A program made the position numbers and the translations under genes. Of a DNA stretch of 64,000 bases, positions 29,450 through 39,200 are shown in pieces; position 1 is the stretch's first letter; each line of letters begins with the position of its first letter. The stretch is from Myxococcota bacterium. Lineage in GTDB: Bacteria > Myxococcota_A > UBA796 > CAJQPC01. The notes under the pieces were generated by a model. That model was not told the origin of the DNA. It ran no database searches and saw only the letters and a program-made list of their open reading frames with translations. Location of the stretch: the NCBI GenBank assembly GCA_036229005.1, contig JAZAMN010000039.1, positions 1 to 64,000 on the forward strand. Reading direction: 5' to 3'.

Positions 29450-30639
29450 AGCTCCGTCCAGAGGCCCGTGGCCCCCGCCAGGGAGGCGCGCTGCCTCCAG
29501 GTCTGCACCACCGCGGCGGCCCGCGCCCGCTCCAGCTCCAGCAGCGCGACCTGGGCCTCGTACAGATCGGTGAAGCTCGCGCGCCCCACCGCGTAGTCCC
29601 CCCGCGTGGTCTCCAGCACCAGCGCCGCCTGGGGCAGCAGCTCCTGGTCAAAGCGCCGCGCCCGCTCCGCCGCGGCCTCCCAGCGGGCCAGCGCCGCCTG
29701 GGCCTGGGCCTGGATCTCAAGCTCCAGCGCGGCTCTCTGGGAAGAGGCGGCTGCGGCCTGCTCCAGGGCCGACTGCTCCACCCCCTGGGCCTTCTTGCGT
29801 GACCCATTGGGAAGGGGCATCGAGACCCCGAGCGAGGCCAGGTCGACCCCGTCCGCCGGCTGGTTCCGCACGCGATAGCCCGCCCAGACCGTGGGCTGTG
29901 GCCGCGCCTGCACCCGCGCCAGCTCCGCCTGCTGCCGCGCCAGCGCCTCCTGCGCCTCCCAGGCCTGCAGCGCCGGCCGCTCCCACTGCGCGGCGTCGGG
30001 GAGGGGAGGGAGCCCCAGGGCGGCCGCAGGCATCTCCATCGCGCCCTCCAGGGGCCCCACGAGCGCCTCCAGCTCCGAGCGCAGCGCCAGGCGTCGCTGC
30101 TGCAACGTGAAGCCCTCGTCCTCAAGCCGGGAGCGCAACAGCTCCAGCCGAAGCAGCGCCGATTGCCCCCCCTGACCCGCCTCGTAGCGGGCCTGCGCGC
30201 TCCCCTGCAGCTCGCTCACCGCGTCCACATGCGCCGCCGTGATGGCCTCCAGCTCGGCCAGGAGCGCCAGCCCCCAGGCCGCCTGATGCACCGCCACCCG
30301 GAGCTGCAGCTCCGACTCCTGCTCCCGGAGCGCGGCCAGGTGCGCCCGCTCCCCCGCCAGCGACTCCTGCAGCGGGATCGCCCCCGGCGTGGGCAGGGTC
30401 TGGGACACCTTGAGCTGCACGCCCGCCATCCCGTGCCCCGAGAGCTGCCCCGAGTCCAGCGGCAGGTTGGACAGCTCGACGCTGAACATCGGGTCCATCC
30501 ACACCCCCGCCGTGGGCACCAGCGCCTCCAGGCTGCGGGTCTGGGCGGCCTGCGCCTCCAGGCTGGGGTGTTGGGCCAGGGCCCGCTCCGCCAGGACGTC
30601 GGGGTCCACGGCGGCGCTCATCAGAAGCAGGAACATCAT
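29446..30639 (-). CDS. TolC/CusC family outer-membrane efflux protein
   Basis: Helical OEP repeats; first gene of the RND operon; GTGA overlap with cusB. Confidence 0.85.
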   Translation of the reverse strand: MMFLLLMSAAVDPDVLAERALAQHPSLEAQAAQTRSLEALVPTAGVWMDPMFSVELSNLPLDSGQLSGHGMAGVQLKVSQTLPTPGAIPLQESLAGERAHLAALREQESELQLRVAVHQAAWGLALLAELEAITAAHVDAVSELQGSAQARYEAGQGGQSALLRLELLRSRLEDEGFTLQQRRLALRSELEALVGPLEGAMEMPAAALGLPPLPDAAQWERPALQAWEAQEALARQQAELARVQARPQPTVWAGYRVRNQPADGVDLASLGVSMPLPNGSRKKAQGVEQSALEQAAAASSQRAALELEIQAQAQAALARWEAAAERARRFDQELLPQAALVLETTRGDYAVGRASFTDLYEAQVALLELERARAAAVVQTWRQRASLAGATGLWTEL

Positions 30640-30651
30640 GCCGGCCAACGA

Positions 30652-30667
30652 AGCAACAAGCGTGCCA
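30652..30667 (-). promoter_or_regulatory. Sigma54 -24/-12 promoter of the cus operon
   Basis: Minus strand TGGCACGCTTGTTGCT matches TGGCAC-N5-TTGC. Confidence 0.85.
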
Positions 30668-30706
30668 ACACCACCTTTCAGCAGCTTGCCCCATCCCCCC
30701 TTCTCC

Positions 30707-30730
30707 GGATTTAAGAATATTCTCAAATCC
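30707..30730. promoter_or_regulatory. 24-bp AT-rich near-perfect palindrome, candidate activator (UAS) or operator site
   Basis: GGATTTAAGAATATTCTCAAATCC has one mismatched pair and lies in the divergent intergenic region. Confidence 0.65.
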
Positions 30731-30801
30731 CTGAGACTATTACGAAAATTGGCAGGAGCCGATCCCCCGGCTACAGTCTGGATCCCCGCCGAACGAGCGC
30801 C

Positions 30802-32826
30802 ATGATCTGGTCCCTCCTGCTGGCCTGCAACGGGCCCGCCACCCCCACCGACTTCACCCCGACCGACAGCCCCAGCGACAGCCCCGTCGTCGCGGAGCCG
30901 GAGTCCATCAGCGTCAGCATCCAGGTCCTCCTGGACGGCGCACCCCTGCCCGACGCCACTGTCCAACAGGGTGGCTCCCAGTCCCCCGTCACCACCGACG
31001 CCAGCGGCCAGGCCACCCTCCAGATCGACCTCAGCGCGGCCGGGGAGCACGCCATCGTCGCCGCCCACCCCCAGGCGCGCACCGGCAGCGTCGGCGTGGA
31101 CGCCCAGGACCAGGGCCAGCTCCTGGAGCTCGAGCTCACGCCCATCAGCCCCCAGGACAACCCCGACTACCGCTTCCGCGACCCGGGCGAGCCCGACATC
31201 ACCGACACCACCGAGCAGTGCTCCCACTGCCACAAGACCATCAACCGCGACTGGTTCTCCAGCCCCCACCGTCAGGCCGCGTCCAACCCCTGGGTGCAGC
31301 AGCTCTACGCCGGCACCAGCGCCTGGACCCAGGCCGAGTGTGAGCAGGGCCAGGGGACCTGGGCCGAGGGGGAGGCGCCAGGGACCGGGGAGCCCGAGCC
31401 CGCCTGCTTCACCGACCACGGCACCCTGCCGCAGCTCAACCTCTGCGATCCCGGCACCTGCGAGGACACCGCGACCGCCTTCGGAGCCTGCGCCGACTGC
31501 CACGCGCCCGGCATCGACGGCGTCACCGGGGGCCGTGACCTGCACGACGCCACCGGCTTCGCCTACGAGTTCGGCGTCCACTGCGACGTCTGCCACAAGG
31601 TCGAGTCCACCGACCCCAGCGCCGCGGAGCCCGGCGTCGCCGGCAAGCTCAGCCTGCTGCGCCCCACCGAGACCGGCGCCTTCGGCCAGGACTGGTACCC
31701 CCAGGTCTTCGGCCCCTTCGCCGATGTCCCCTCGCCGGTGATGGGCGCCGTCCAGCGCGACCACTTCCAGGACGGCAGCCTCTGCGCCGGCTGCCACGAA
31801 CACTGGCAGGACGCCCTGGTCCCCGAGCAGTCCGTGGACGCCAGCCGCTGGCCCCAGGGCCTGCCCGTCCACACCACCTGGTCCGAGTGGCGCGACGGCC
31901 CCTTGGGCGACGCCGTGAGCTGCCAGTCCTGCCACATGCCGCCGGATCCCAGCGTCGGGAACGCCGCCGACCTGGGCAACCTCGTCGACCTCGACCCCGG
32001 CGTGGTCCCCGGCTGGTACCGCCCCGAAGGCCAGGTCCGCCGCCACCAGTGGGTGGGCCCCCGCAGCCCCGACAGCCAGATGCTCCAGCTCGCCGCCGCC
32101 CTGGACCTGGAGCGCGACGGCGACACCCTCAGCGCCACCGTCTCCAACGTCGGCCCCGCCCACTTCATCCCCACCGGCGAGCCCATGCGGCAGCTCATCT
32201 TGAGCGTCCAGGCGACCTGCGATGGCAGCCCCGTCGAGCTCCAGGGCCCCGCGCTCCCCACCTGGTCTGGCGCCCTGGAGACCCGCGAGTCCACCCAGGA
32301 CTGGGGCCTCTGGCCCGACGCCCAGCCGGGACAGCGCCTCCGCGTGGTCCAGATCGCCGGCGCGCTCAACTACCAGGGCTGGGGCCCCTTCGACGGCAGC
32401 GATGCCCAGTACGGCGGCCTCCAGGACCTGCGCGTGGTGGGGGAGGTCGAGGTGATCTCGGTGTCCGGGACCGGCGCCCTCACCACCTCCGCACCCATCC
32501 CCTCCGGAGACCGCATCCACCTGCTGCCCGCCGTCGAGGACACCCTGGCCCTGACCGCCCTGGCCGGCACCCCTGGCGTGAGCTTCCAGCGCCTGCTGGT
32601 CGACGCGGACGGCACGCCGATGGTCCCGCACCACGCCGCCGTGGACCTGCTCGCCGACAACCGCATCGCGCCCAGCGCCTCGGTCACCCAGAGCTGGACC
32701 CTGCCCGAGTGCGCGGGCACCCTCCAGGTCGACGCCCAGCTCCTGCACCGCGACACCGCCTGGGATCTGGCCGCGGAGAAGGGCTGGAGCGTCACGGACA
32801 CGCTGATGGCCGGGAGCTCGCTGTGA
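30802..32826 (+). CDS. Multiheme (5x CxxCH) c-type cytochrome lipoprotein
   Basis: MIWSLLLAC; CSHCH, CADCH, CDVCH, CAGCH, CQSCH. Confidence 0.88.
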   Translation: MIWSLLLACNGPATPTDFTPTDSPSDSPVVAEPESISVSIQVLLDGAPLPDATVQQGGSQSPVTTDASGQATLQIDLSAAGEHAIVAAHPQARTGSVGVDAQDQGQLLELELTPISPQDNPDYRFRDPGEPDITDTTEQCSHCHKTINRDWFSSPHRQAASNPWVQQLYAGTSAWTQAECEQGQGTWAEGEAPGTGEPEPACFTDHGTLPQLNLCDPGTCEDTATAFGACADCHAPGIDGVTGGRDLHDATGFAYEFGVHCDVCHKVESTDPSAAEPGVAGKLSLLRPTETGAFGQDWYPQVFGPFADVPSPVMGAVQRDHFQDGSLCAGCHEHWQDALVPEQSVDASRWPQGLPVHTTWSEWRDGPLGDAVSCQSCHMPPDPSVGNAADLGNLVDLDPGVVPGWYRPEGQVRRHQWVGPRSPDSQMLQLAAALDLERDGDTLSATVSNVGPAHFIPTGEPMRQLILSVQATCDGSPVELQGPALPTWSGALETRESTQDWGLWPDAQPGQRLRVVQIAGALNYQGWGPFDGSDAQYGGLQDLRVVGEVEVISVSGTGALTTSAPIPSGDRIHLLPAVEDTLALTALAGTPGVSFQRLLVDADGTPMVPHHAAVDLLADNRIAPSASVTQSWTLPECAGTLQVDAQLLHRDTAWDLAAEKGWSVTDTLMAGSSL

Positions 32827-34193
32827 TCGCCCTGATCTCGCTGGTCCTCGCTTGCGCCAAGGGGGCGGATACGGACTCGGAGCCCACCGACAGCCCCCAG
32901 GGGGTGGACTCAGCGGTGGACAGCGCCCCCCAGCCTCCTCCTCTCTTCCAGAATCCGGCCGAGGCCGTGGACCAGGATCCCGACACAGACGCCTTCGAGC
33001 TCACCCTGAGCGCCGCCCCGCTGGACTTCAGCATCGGCGAGCTCCAGGTCAGCGGCTACGCCTACAACGGCCAGGTCCCCGGGCCGGTCATCCGCCTGCA
33101 GCCCGGTCAGCAGCTCCTCACACAGATCGACAACGGCCTGGAGGACCAGACCACCGTGCACTGGCACGGCGCCAACGTGCCCTTCGAGATGGACGGCGTC
33201 CCCTGGATGTCCAGCCCCATCCAGCCCGGCGCCAGCATGGACGTGGACTTCACCCTGAGCGCGCCCTTCACCGGCTGGTACCACCCCCACTTCGACACCG
33301 AGCGGCAGGTGGACTGGGGTCTGTATGGCGTGCTCATCGTGCAGGACCCCACCTGGCCCACCCCCGACCACGAACTCATCGTCGTCGCGGACACCTGGGG
33401 GGAGTCCCCGGACCAGGGGCATCACAGTGGCTTTGTGTTCCAGGAGCACGACTGGACCGTCAACGGCCTCAGCCAGCCCGTACACCCCGTCAACGGCGGC
33501 GAGTCTGTGTTGGTGCGCGTCGTGAACGTCTCCAACATGGGCTACCTGGCCCTCTCCGCCGACACCCTGCGCGTGGTGGCCTTCGACCAGGGCCTGCTGC
33601 CCGCACCCATCACAGACTCCCCCGTGGTCCTGGGCCCCGGGGACCGCGCCGTGCTGGAGCTCTCGCCCAGTGACACAGACATCGTCCTGTGGTCCCAGCC
33701 GTGGTCTGTGGCGGGCGAGCACGCCCTGGGGGAGCCCTTCGAGCTCATGCGCCTGGAGCTCCAGGAGTCCGGCGTCCAGCACCCTGGCCTGGACTTTGGC
33801 TGGTCAGGCACCGCGCCCACCGCGGACCCGGGTCACACAGACCTCCGCTACGTCTTTCAGGGCGACGAGCAGACCGGTCAGTGGCGCATCAACGGAGAGG
33901 CCTTCCCGGACGTCACCATCGGCAGCATCCCCCCCGGAGAGCCCGCCATCATCGAGGTCCGCAACCTCTCCGCCACCGAGCACCCCTTCCACCTGCACGG
34001 CATGCACTTCGAGGTCCTCTCCATCGACGGCGTGGCCCCCCAGCACCAGCGCATCGAAGACACCCTCAACCTGGAGATCCGCCAGACCGTGCGCCTGCTG
34101 GTGAATCCGGAGAACGCAGGGGACTGGATGGCGCACTGTCACATCTTGCCTCACGCCGAGGGCGGGATGATGACGGTGCTGCGGGTGGAGTGA
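32823..34193 (+). CDS. Multicopper oxidase lipoprotein
   Basis: GTGA overlap; HWHG, WYHPH, HPFHLHG, HCHILPHAEGGMM. Confidence 0.93.
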   Translation: MIALISLVLACAKGADTDSEPTDSPQGVDSAVDSAPQPPPLFQNPAEAVDQDPDTDAFELTLSAAPLDFSIGELQVSGYAYNGQVPGPVIRLQPGQQLLTQIDNGLEDQTTVHWHGANVPFEMDGVPWMSSPIQPGASMDVDFTLSAPFTGWYHPHFDTERQVDWGLYGVLIVQDPTWPTPDHELIVVADTWGESPDQGHHSGFVFQEHDWTVNGLSQPVHPVNGGESVLVRVVNVSNMGYLALSADTLRVVAFDQGLLPAPITDSPVVLGPGDRAVLELSPSDTDIVLWSQPWSVAGEHALGEPFELMRLELQESGVQHPGLDFGWSGTAPTADPGHTDLRYVFQGDEQTGQWRINGEAFPDVTIGSIPPGEPAIIEVRNLSATEHPFHLHGMHFEVLSIDGVAPQHQRIEDTLNLEIRQTVRLLVNPENAGDWMAHCHILPHAEGGMMTVLRVE

Positions 34194-34643
34194 TCAGAGC
34201 CTGAGCTCCATCAGCAGCTCCTCGCCGGCGGTCGCGATCTCCACAAAACCCAGGGCGCCATACAGACCCAGAGCGGTGTGGTTGTCCGCCTTCACAGCGA
34301 GCCGCAGCCGCTCCTCCCCCTGCTCCCGCACCGCGTCGATGACGCACTGTATCAGCCGCCTCGCCACCCCCTGGCCGCGGACCTCGGGGGCCACCCACAG
34401 ACTGATCAGCTCGGCCGGACTGTGCTCAGAGGAGGGGACGAAGCGGACGACGCCCTGGTCGCGCCCTTCGTGGCTCACCACCCAGGTGGGGAGACCCTCG
34501 AGCTGCCCGATCCAGCTCTGTGGTGGACGCGAGGACACCTCGGCATACTCACTGCCGAAGGCGTGGGGATCTGTACGCAGGCTGCGCAGGCGGATGGCCC
34601 GGAAGCGCTCCCAGTCTGTGGGAGGCAGCCGCTCCAGCCTCAA
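34194..34643 (-). CDS. GNAT family N-acetyltransferase
   Basis: SLWVAPEVRGQGVA, NHTALGLY. Confidence 0.88.
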   Translation of the reverse strand: MRLERLPPTDWERFRAIRLRSLRTDPHAFGSEYAEVSSRPPQSWIGQLEGLPTWVVSHEGRDQGVVRFVPSSEHSPAELISLWVAPEVRGQGVARRLIQCVIDAVREQGEERLRLAVKADNHTALGLYGALGFVEIATAGEELLMELRL

Positions 34644-36112
34644 CCCACGACCTCCATCCCGGTCGCGTCCTCACCGAGCTGGCGCTCGACCACCATCTGC
34701 CAGGCGGTCTGTACGCTGCGCTGCAGCTCGTCCATGCTCTCCACGGCGGCCAGGCGCTTCTTGATCATGCTGGGTCTGTAGTAGAAGCGCAGATAGGCCA
34801 GCCGGGTCCAGCGCTGGATCTCGGCGTCCGTCATGTCGCAGCGGGGGCGGGGGACCAGGTCGCTGTGGGGATTCAGCACGAACTCCCGCCAGTAGTCGCG
34901 CCCGGTCTCCTGCATGAGCATGGTGTACATCTCGGTCGCGGGCATGGGGGTGACCTTGGAGAACTGTGCGTAGTCCAGGTCCAGGTCCATGGCCAGCCGG
35001 ATGGTCTGCCGGATGGTGGTGGGCGTCTCGTAGGGGTTGCCCACCATGAAGTAGCCGAAGGTGTCAATGCCCTCGGCCTTGGTGTCGGCCACCACGCGCT
35101 TGATGACGTCCAGGGAGGTGGACTTCTTGAGCACCCGCAGGATCTCGCGGTTACCGCTCTCGATTCCGTAGTAGATGCGCGAGCAGCCGGCGCTGCGCAT
35201 GCTGGCGAGGACATCGCGGTTGATACAGTCCACGCGGGTGCGCGCCGCCCAGACGATGTCCAGCTTGCGGCGCTTGATCTCGTCACAGATCGCGATGACC
35301 CGGTTCTTGCGGATGGTGAAGCTGGAGTCGAAGAAGTCCAGCTCGCGGATGCCGTGCTCTTTGACACAGATCTCCAGCTCGTCCACCACGTTCTTGGGGC
35401 TGCGCGCCCGGAAGGCCTTGGAGCCCTGCTCGCAGAAGATGCACTTGTAGGGGCAGCCGCGGCTGGTGATGAAGACCGAGAAGTTCTTGTACTTGCTGAT
35501 GAAACTGTGATAGATCGTGTTGTCGAGCAGGTGCCGGGCGGGCAGGGGAGCCTCGTTGACGTCCACCGTGTCGGCCGCCGGGGTGACCACGACCTGACCG
35601 CCCTCGGAGACGGGGCCGTTGGGCCGGAAGGCGATGCCGCGCACATCGCGCAGGTCCCCGCCGGTCTCCAGGGTGTGCAGCAGCTCGGGCAGGGAGAGCT
35701 CGGCCTCGCCGGTGACTGCGTAGTCGATGGCGTCGTGGTGCAAGGTCTCGGTGGGGTAGATCGACAGGTGAACGCCGCCCACCAGCACGGGCACCGGCAC
35801 CTGCTCCTTGATGGCCTTGATCCAGTCCAGGGTCTGGAAGAAGAGGTAGGTGGTGATGGTGTAGCCGATGTAGCTGGGGTCGAAGGCCTGCAGGCGCGCC
35901 ACCGTCTGCTCCAGCGTCAGGCCCTCGGCGTGCGCGTCGATGAACAGGACCTCGCAGCCGGCGGCCTCCAGGATGCCCGCGACGTAGAGCAGCGAGAGGC
36001 TGGGAAAGATGCCGTAGTTCTCCTTGACCGCCTTGATGCCGGGCTCGTTCTTGACGGGGCCGTAGGGCGGGTAGACCAGCGCGACGCGAAGTCCAGGGGT
36101 GCTGTGGGGCAT
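34640..36112 (-). CDS. B12-binding domain radical SAM protein
   Basis: AGGAG RBS, N-terminal B12-binding domain (GGVH), TSRGCPYKCIFC, YGIESG. Confidence 0.93.
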   Translation of the reverse strand: MPHSTPGLRVALVYPPYGPVKNEPGIKAVKENYGIFPSLSLLYVAGILEAAGCEVLFIDAHAEGLTLEQTVARLQAFDPSYIGYTITTYLFFQTLDWIKAIKEQVPVPVLVGGVHLSIYPTETLHHDAIDYAVTGEAELSLPELLHTLETGGDLRDVRGIAFRPNGPVSEGGQVVVTPAADTVDVNEAPLPARHLLDNTIYHSFISKYKNFSVFITSRGCPYKCIFCEQGSKAFRARSPKNVVDELEICVKEHGIRELDFFDSSFTIRKNRVIAICDEIKRRKLDIVWAARTRVDCINRDVLASMRSAGCSRIYYGIESGNREILRVLKKSTSLDVIKRVVADTKAEGIDTFGYFMVGNPYETPTTIRQTIRLAMDLDLDYAQFSKVTPMPATEMYTMLMQETGRDYWREFVLNPHSDLVPRPRCDMTDAEIQRWTRLAYLRFYYRPSMIKKRLAAVESMDELQRSVQTAWQMVVERQLGEDATGMEVVG

Positions 36113-36182
36113 GGGCTCTCCTGCTTTCAGGGTAGCCTTTGCGGCGCCCCACCCTTGCACTTTCCGCCGCCAGGACCGCAGC

Positions 36183-37811
36183 TTGGCCCTCTCGCAACGA
36201 CATCGCCGCTGGCTGGACCGCGCCCTGCCCTGGGCCGTGGGGGCGCTCGTGCTGGGGATCGCGGGGGCGCTGCAGCAGCTCTGGTGGGCGCAGAACGGCC
36301 TGCCGGACGGGCACCAGAACGAGTACCTGCACGTAGGCAACGCCATGGACCTCTGGCAGGCCTGGGCGCAGCACGACTGGGGCACCCTGGGGGGCCTGCT
36401 GCGGGGGAACTACTGGCCGCCCGGCTTCTACCTGTGGCCCTGGCCGCTGTTCCGGGCGCTGGGGGACACCCACCGGGCCATGGTCGCCAGCAACCTGGGG
36501 CACCTGGCCCTGCTGCTGGGCAGCGCCTACTGGCTGGGCCGGGATCTGGGCAGCCGCCGCGCGGGGCTCTGGGCCATGCCGGCCATGCTGGTGATCCCCG
36601 CGGTCATGGGCAACCTGGTCCGCTACGAACCCAGCGTGGCGCTCACGGCGTGGACCACCTTCGGCGCCTGGGCGCTGCTGCGCTCCCGCGGGCTGGCCCA
36701 CACCCGACACAGTCTTCTCTTCGCCCTGGCGCTTGGCGGCGGCCTGATGATGGACCGCCTGAGCGTCGCCTTCTTCCTGGTGCCACCGCTGCTGGTGGAG
36801 TGGGGGCTTGCCCTGCGCGACCCGCTGCGGCGCAAGCTGTCGCTGCGGAACGGGGCGCTGGTCGCGGCGCTGCTGCTTATCTGTGTGGGGTGGTGGCACT
36901 GGGACTTCTTCCAGATCCACCTGCACGAGCTCACCTCCCAGACCGGCACGGGCGAGATCGACGCCGCCGGCACCCAGACCGAGGCGCGCAGCCGCACCGA
37001 GTGGACCACCTGGGCCTGGTACCTGCTCGCCCTGCTGGACGGTCAGCTCGGGCTGATCCTGGGGGCCGCGGGGCTGGTGGGCCTGGGCCTGGCCAGCCGC
37101 GAGCCCAAGCGCCTGCGGGTGCCGCTGCTGGTGGTCTGGGGCAGCCTGGCGCTGTTCACCCTGATCCTCAAGAAGCAGAACTTCTACAGCCTGCCGATGC
37201 TGGGGTGTCTGGCGGTTCTTGTGACAGATGCGCTGTCGCGTTTTCGCTGGGGCTGGGCCCTGGGACTGGGGCTCCTGGGCGTCGGAGGCGTCCAGATGTC
37301 CGCGCGCATGTGGGGGCGCGATCCGGGTCTCCCGGGCGCCGGAGCCGAAGCGCTGCCGCTGGCCTGGGTCGCGCCCCGACACCCCATGGCGTTGCCTCCG
37401 CGCGGCCTGGAGCTGCCTGTCAACGCGCTGTCGCAAGAACTCCAGGGCGCCCAGGAGATCGTCGTCTTCGGCGAGGACCACACCTGGTACGAGGGCTACG
37501 TGGTGCTTGGGCTCCGGGAGCGCCTGCCGGGCGCCCGGGTGCGCGGGGTCATCGGGGATCCGGTGGGCACCGCCGAGGTCTCGGGCAACGCGACACACAT
37601 CGTGATCGTGCGTGAAAATGCGACAAGCGCGGACTACCCCAGCCGCGCCGAGGTGGTGGCTCTGATGCAGAAACACCACGTCGACGCGGAGGCGTATCCG
37701 CTCACCCTGGAGGCCTTCGAGCAGGCCCAGATGTATCTGCGAGTGGTCTGGACCCACCCGCTGCAGGAGGGCGGCAAGGTGGTCGTGTGGGAGCGCTTGC
37801 CGCTGGAGTGA
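36183..37811 (+). CDS. Integral membrane GT-C-like (ArnT/PMT-like) glycosyltransferase; start uncertain
   Basis: About 11-13 TM segments with a periplasmic DG..E loop, YWPP and a soluble C-terminal domain. Confidence 0.55.
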   Translation: MALSQRHRRWLDRALPWAVGALVLGIAGALQQLWWAQNGLPDGHQNEYLHVGNAMDLWQAWAQHDWGTLGGLLRGNYWPPGFYLWPWPLFRALGDTHRAMVASNLGHLALLLGSAYWLGRDLGSRRAGLWAMPAMLVIPAVMGNLVRYEPSVALTAWTTFGAWALLRSRGLAHTRHSLLFALALGGGLMMDRLSVAFFLVPPLLVEWGLALRDPLRRKLSLRNGALVAALLLICVGWWHWDFFQIHLHELTSQTGTGEIDAAGTQTEARSRTEWTTWAWYLLALLDGQLGLILGAAGLVGLGLASREPKRLRVPLLVVWGSLALFTLILKKQNFYSLPMLGCLAVLVTDALSRFRWGWALGLGLLGVGGVQMSARMWGRDPGLPGAGAEALPLAWVAPRHPMALPPRGLELPVNALSQELQGAQEIVVFGEDHTWYEGYVVLGLRERLPGARVRGVIGDPVGTAEVSGNATHIVIVRENATSADYPSRAEVVALMQKHHVDAEAYPLTLEAFEQAQMYLRVVWTHPLQEGGKVVVWERLPLE

Positions 37812-38216
37812 CTACTCGCTGACGTAGACCAGCACCAAGCGGCCCTCGCTCGTCTGCCCGTCCTCGAACACCAGCTCGCGCGTCTCAGACAGCGGCTTGT
37901 CGTAGTCGGGGCCCATCGGGTCCCGGGACTCGTAGGCGGTCATCTGTGCGACCCCGCCGGCCTTGTCGTCGACCAGCGACTGGGCCCAGGTCACCTGGTA
38001 GTCGTCGCTGGACTCCAAGGTGACCTCGGAGTACCCGGTCCCGCCCTCCCAGACGAGCTGAACCTCATAGGCGTCGTAGCTGAGCGCGCCGCCGTCCTCG
38101 GCCTCGACCACCCACAAGAGGCCCTCGTCGGGCTCCTCGTACAGATCGGTGCAGCCGAGGCCCATCACCAGCGGGCTGAGCAGGGCCAGGGGCAAGAGAG
38201 CGAGGCGCGTGTACAT
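37812..38216 (-). CDS. Hypothetical lipoprotein
   Basis: AAGGAG RBS, signal peptide ending LGC. Confidence 0.7.
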   Translation of the reverse strand: MYTRLALLPLALLSPLVMGLGCTDLYEEPDEGLLWVVEAEDGGALSYDAYEVQLVWEGGTGYSEVTLESSDDYQVTWAQSLVDDKAGGVAQMTAYESRDPMGPDYDKPLSETRELVFEDGQTSEGRLVLVYVSE

Positions 38217-38287
38217 GGCGGTCTCCTTGTCTCACCCACTCTGTATCCACCACCAAGGCGCCGGGGATGTGGCTGGTTGTCGCAGGC

Positions 38288-39133
38288 TCAGCCCACGTGC
38301 GCCTGGATCCACGCCAGCGTGTCCTCGCGGGTGGTGGGATCCTGGGCCCGGCGGGGGAGGGACACAGAGGCCAGGTGGTGGTCCACGAGCGTCCCGGTTC
38401 GCTCCGACCACTCCGCATCCAGCGCCAGCGAGACATAGGTGGGGGCCATCTCCTGGGGATCCAGCGCCTGCTTGGCCTTCATCCGGTAGACCCAGGCCTG
38501 CAGCGCCCCCATCTCGGGCTCGCGGCCCGGATCCAGCCTCACCGAGGGGATCCAGACGCTGTTCACGGCCAGCTCCGGCTGGGTCTGTGCGAGGTGTTGG
38601 GCCCAGATCAGCAGGGCCAGCTTGGACTGGTAGTAGGCCTTGGTGGGCGTGAAGCCCTGGCCGGCGGCCACCGCCTGGGGGTCCAGCTTGAGGAAGGGCA
38701 TGGCCAGCAGCCCCTTGGAACTCGCACAGATCACCCGGGCCTTGCGGGCGAGCAGCGTGGGCATCAGCAGCCGCGTGAGCAGCACAGGCCCCACCAGGTT
38801 CGTGGCCCAGAAGCGCTCCAGGCCCTCGGCGGTCATCACCGGGCCGCTCTGGTTGAGATCGAAGATCGCGGCGTTGTGCACCAGCGCGTCCACACCCTCT
38901 CCAGCTCCCTGGAGCCCCGACACCGCTGCACGGATGGACGCCGGCGAGGACATGTCGAGCTGGACCAGGCCCAGGTCCGCGTCGGGCTGCGCGCTGCGGA
39001 TGCGATCGAGCGCGGCCTGCCCCCGCTCCGCAGAGCGGCAGGCCATCAAAACGCGGGCCCCACGCTGGGCGAGCTGCTGGCTGGCGGCGAAGCCGATGCC
39101 GCTGTTGGCGCCGGTGATCAGGACGGTGGACAT
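38288..39133 (-). CDS. Short-chain dehydrogenase/reductase
   Basis: TGANSGIG, HNAA, YYQSK. Confidence 0.92.
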   Translation of the reverse strand: MSTVLITGANSGIGFAASQQLAQRGARVLMACRSAERGQAALDRIRSAQPDADLGLVQLDMSSPASIRAAVSGLQGAGEGVDALVHNAAIFDLNQSGPVMTAEGLERFWATNLVGPVLLTRLLMPTLLARKARVICASSKGLLAMPFLKLDPQAVAAGQGFTPTKAYYQSKLALLIWAQHLAQTQPELAVNSVWIPSVRLDPGREPEMGALQAWVYRMKAKQALDPQEMAPTYVSLALDAEWSERTGTLVDHHLASVSLPRRAQDPTTREDTLAWIQAHVG

Positions 39134-39200
39134 AGGCGACTCCAGTTGTGTGACCGGGTGGTCACCATGACTGGGTAGTCACATGGGCCGCTGCCGGCAA

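Noticed and set aside
30749..30766. TTGGCA on the plus strand as a second sigma54 promoter for the cytochrome/oxidase operon
   Set aside because: There is no GC at the -12 position. A TACAGT -10-like hexamer at 30773 is the more plausible promoter element.
29446..32748. Apparent 1100-aa TolC fusion
   Set aside because: The N-terminal 700 aa is the antisense of the multiheme cytochrome gene. The real start is at 30639, just after the sigma54 promoter.
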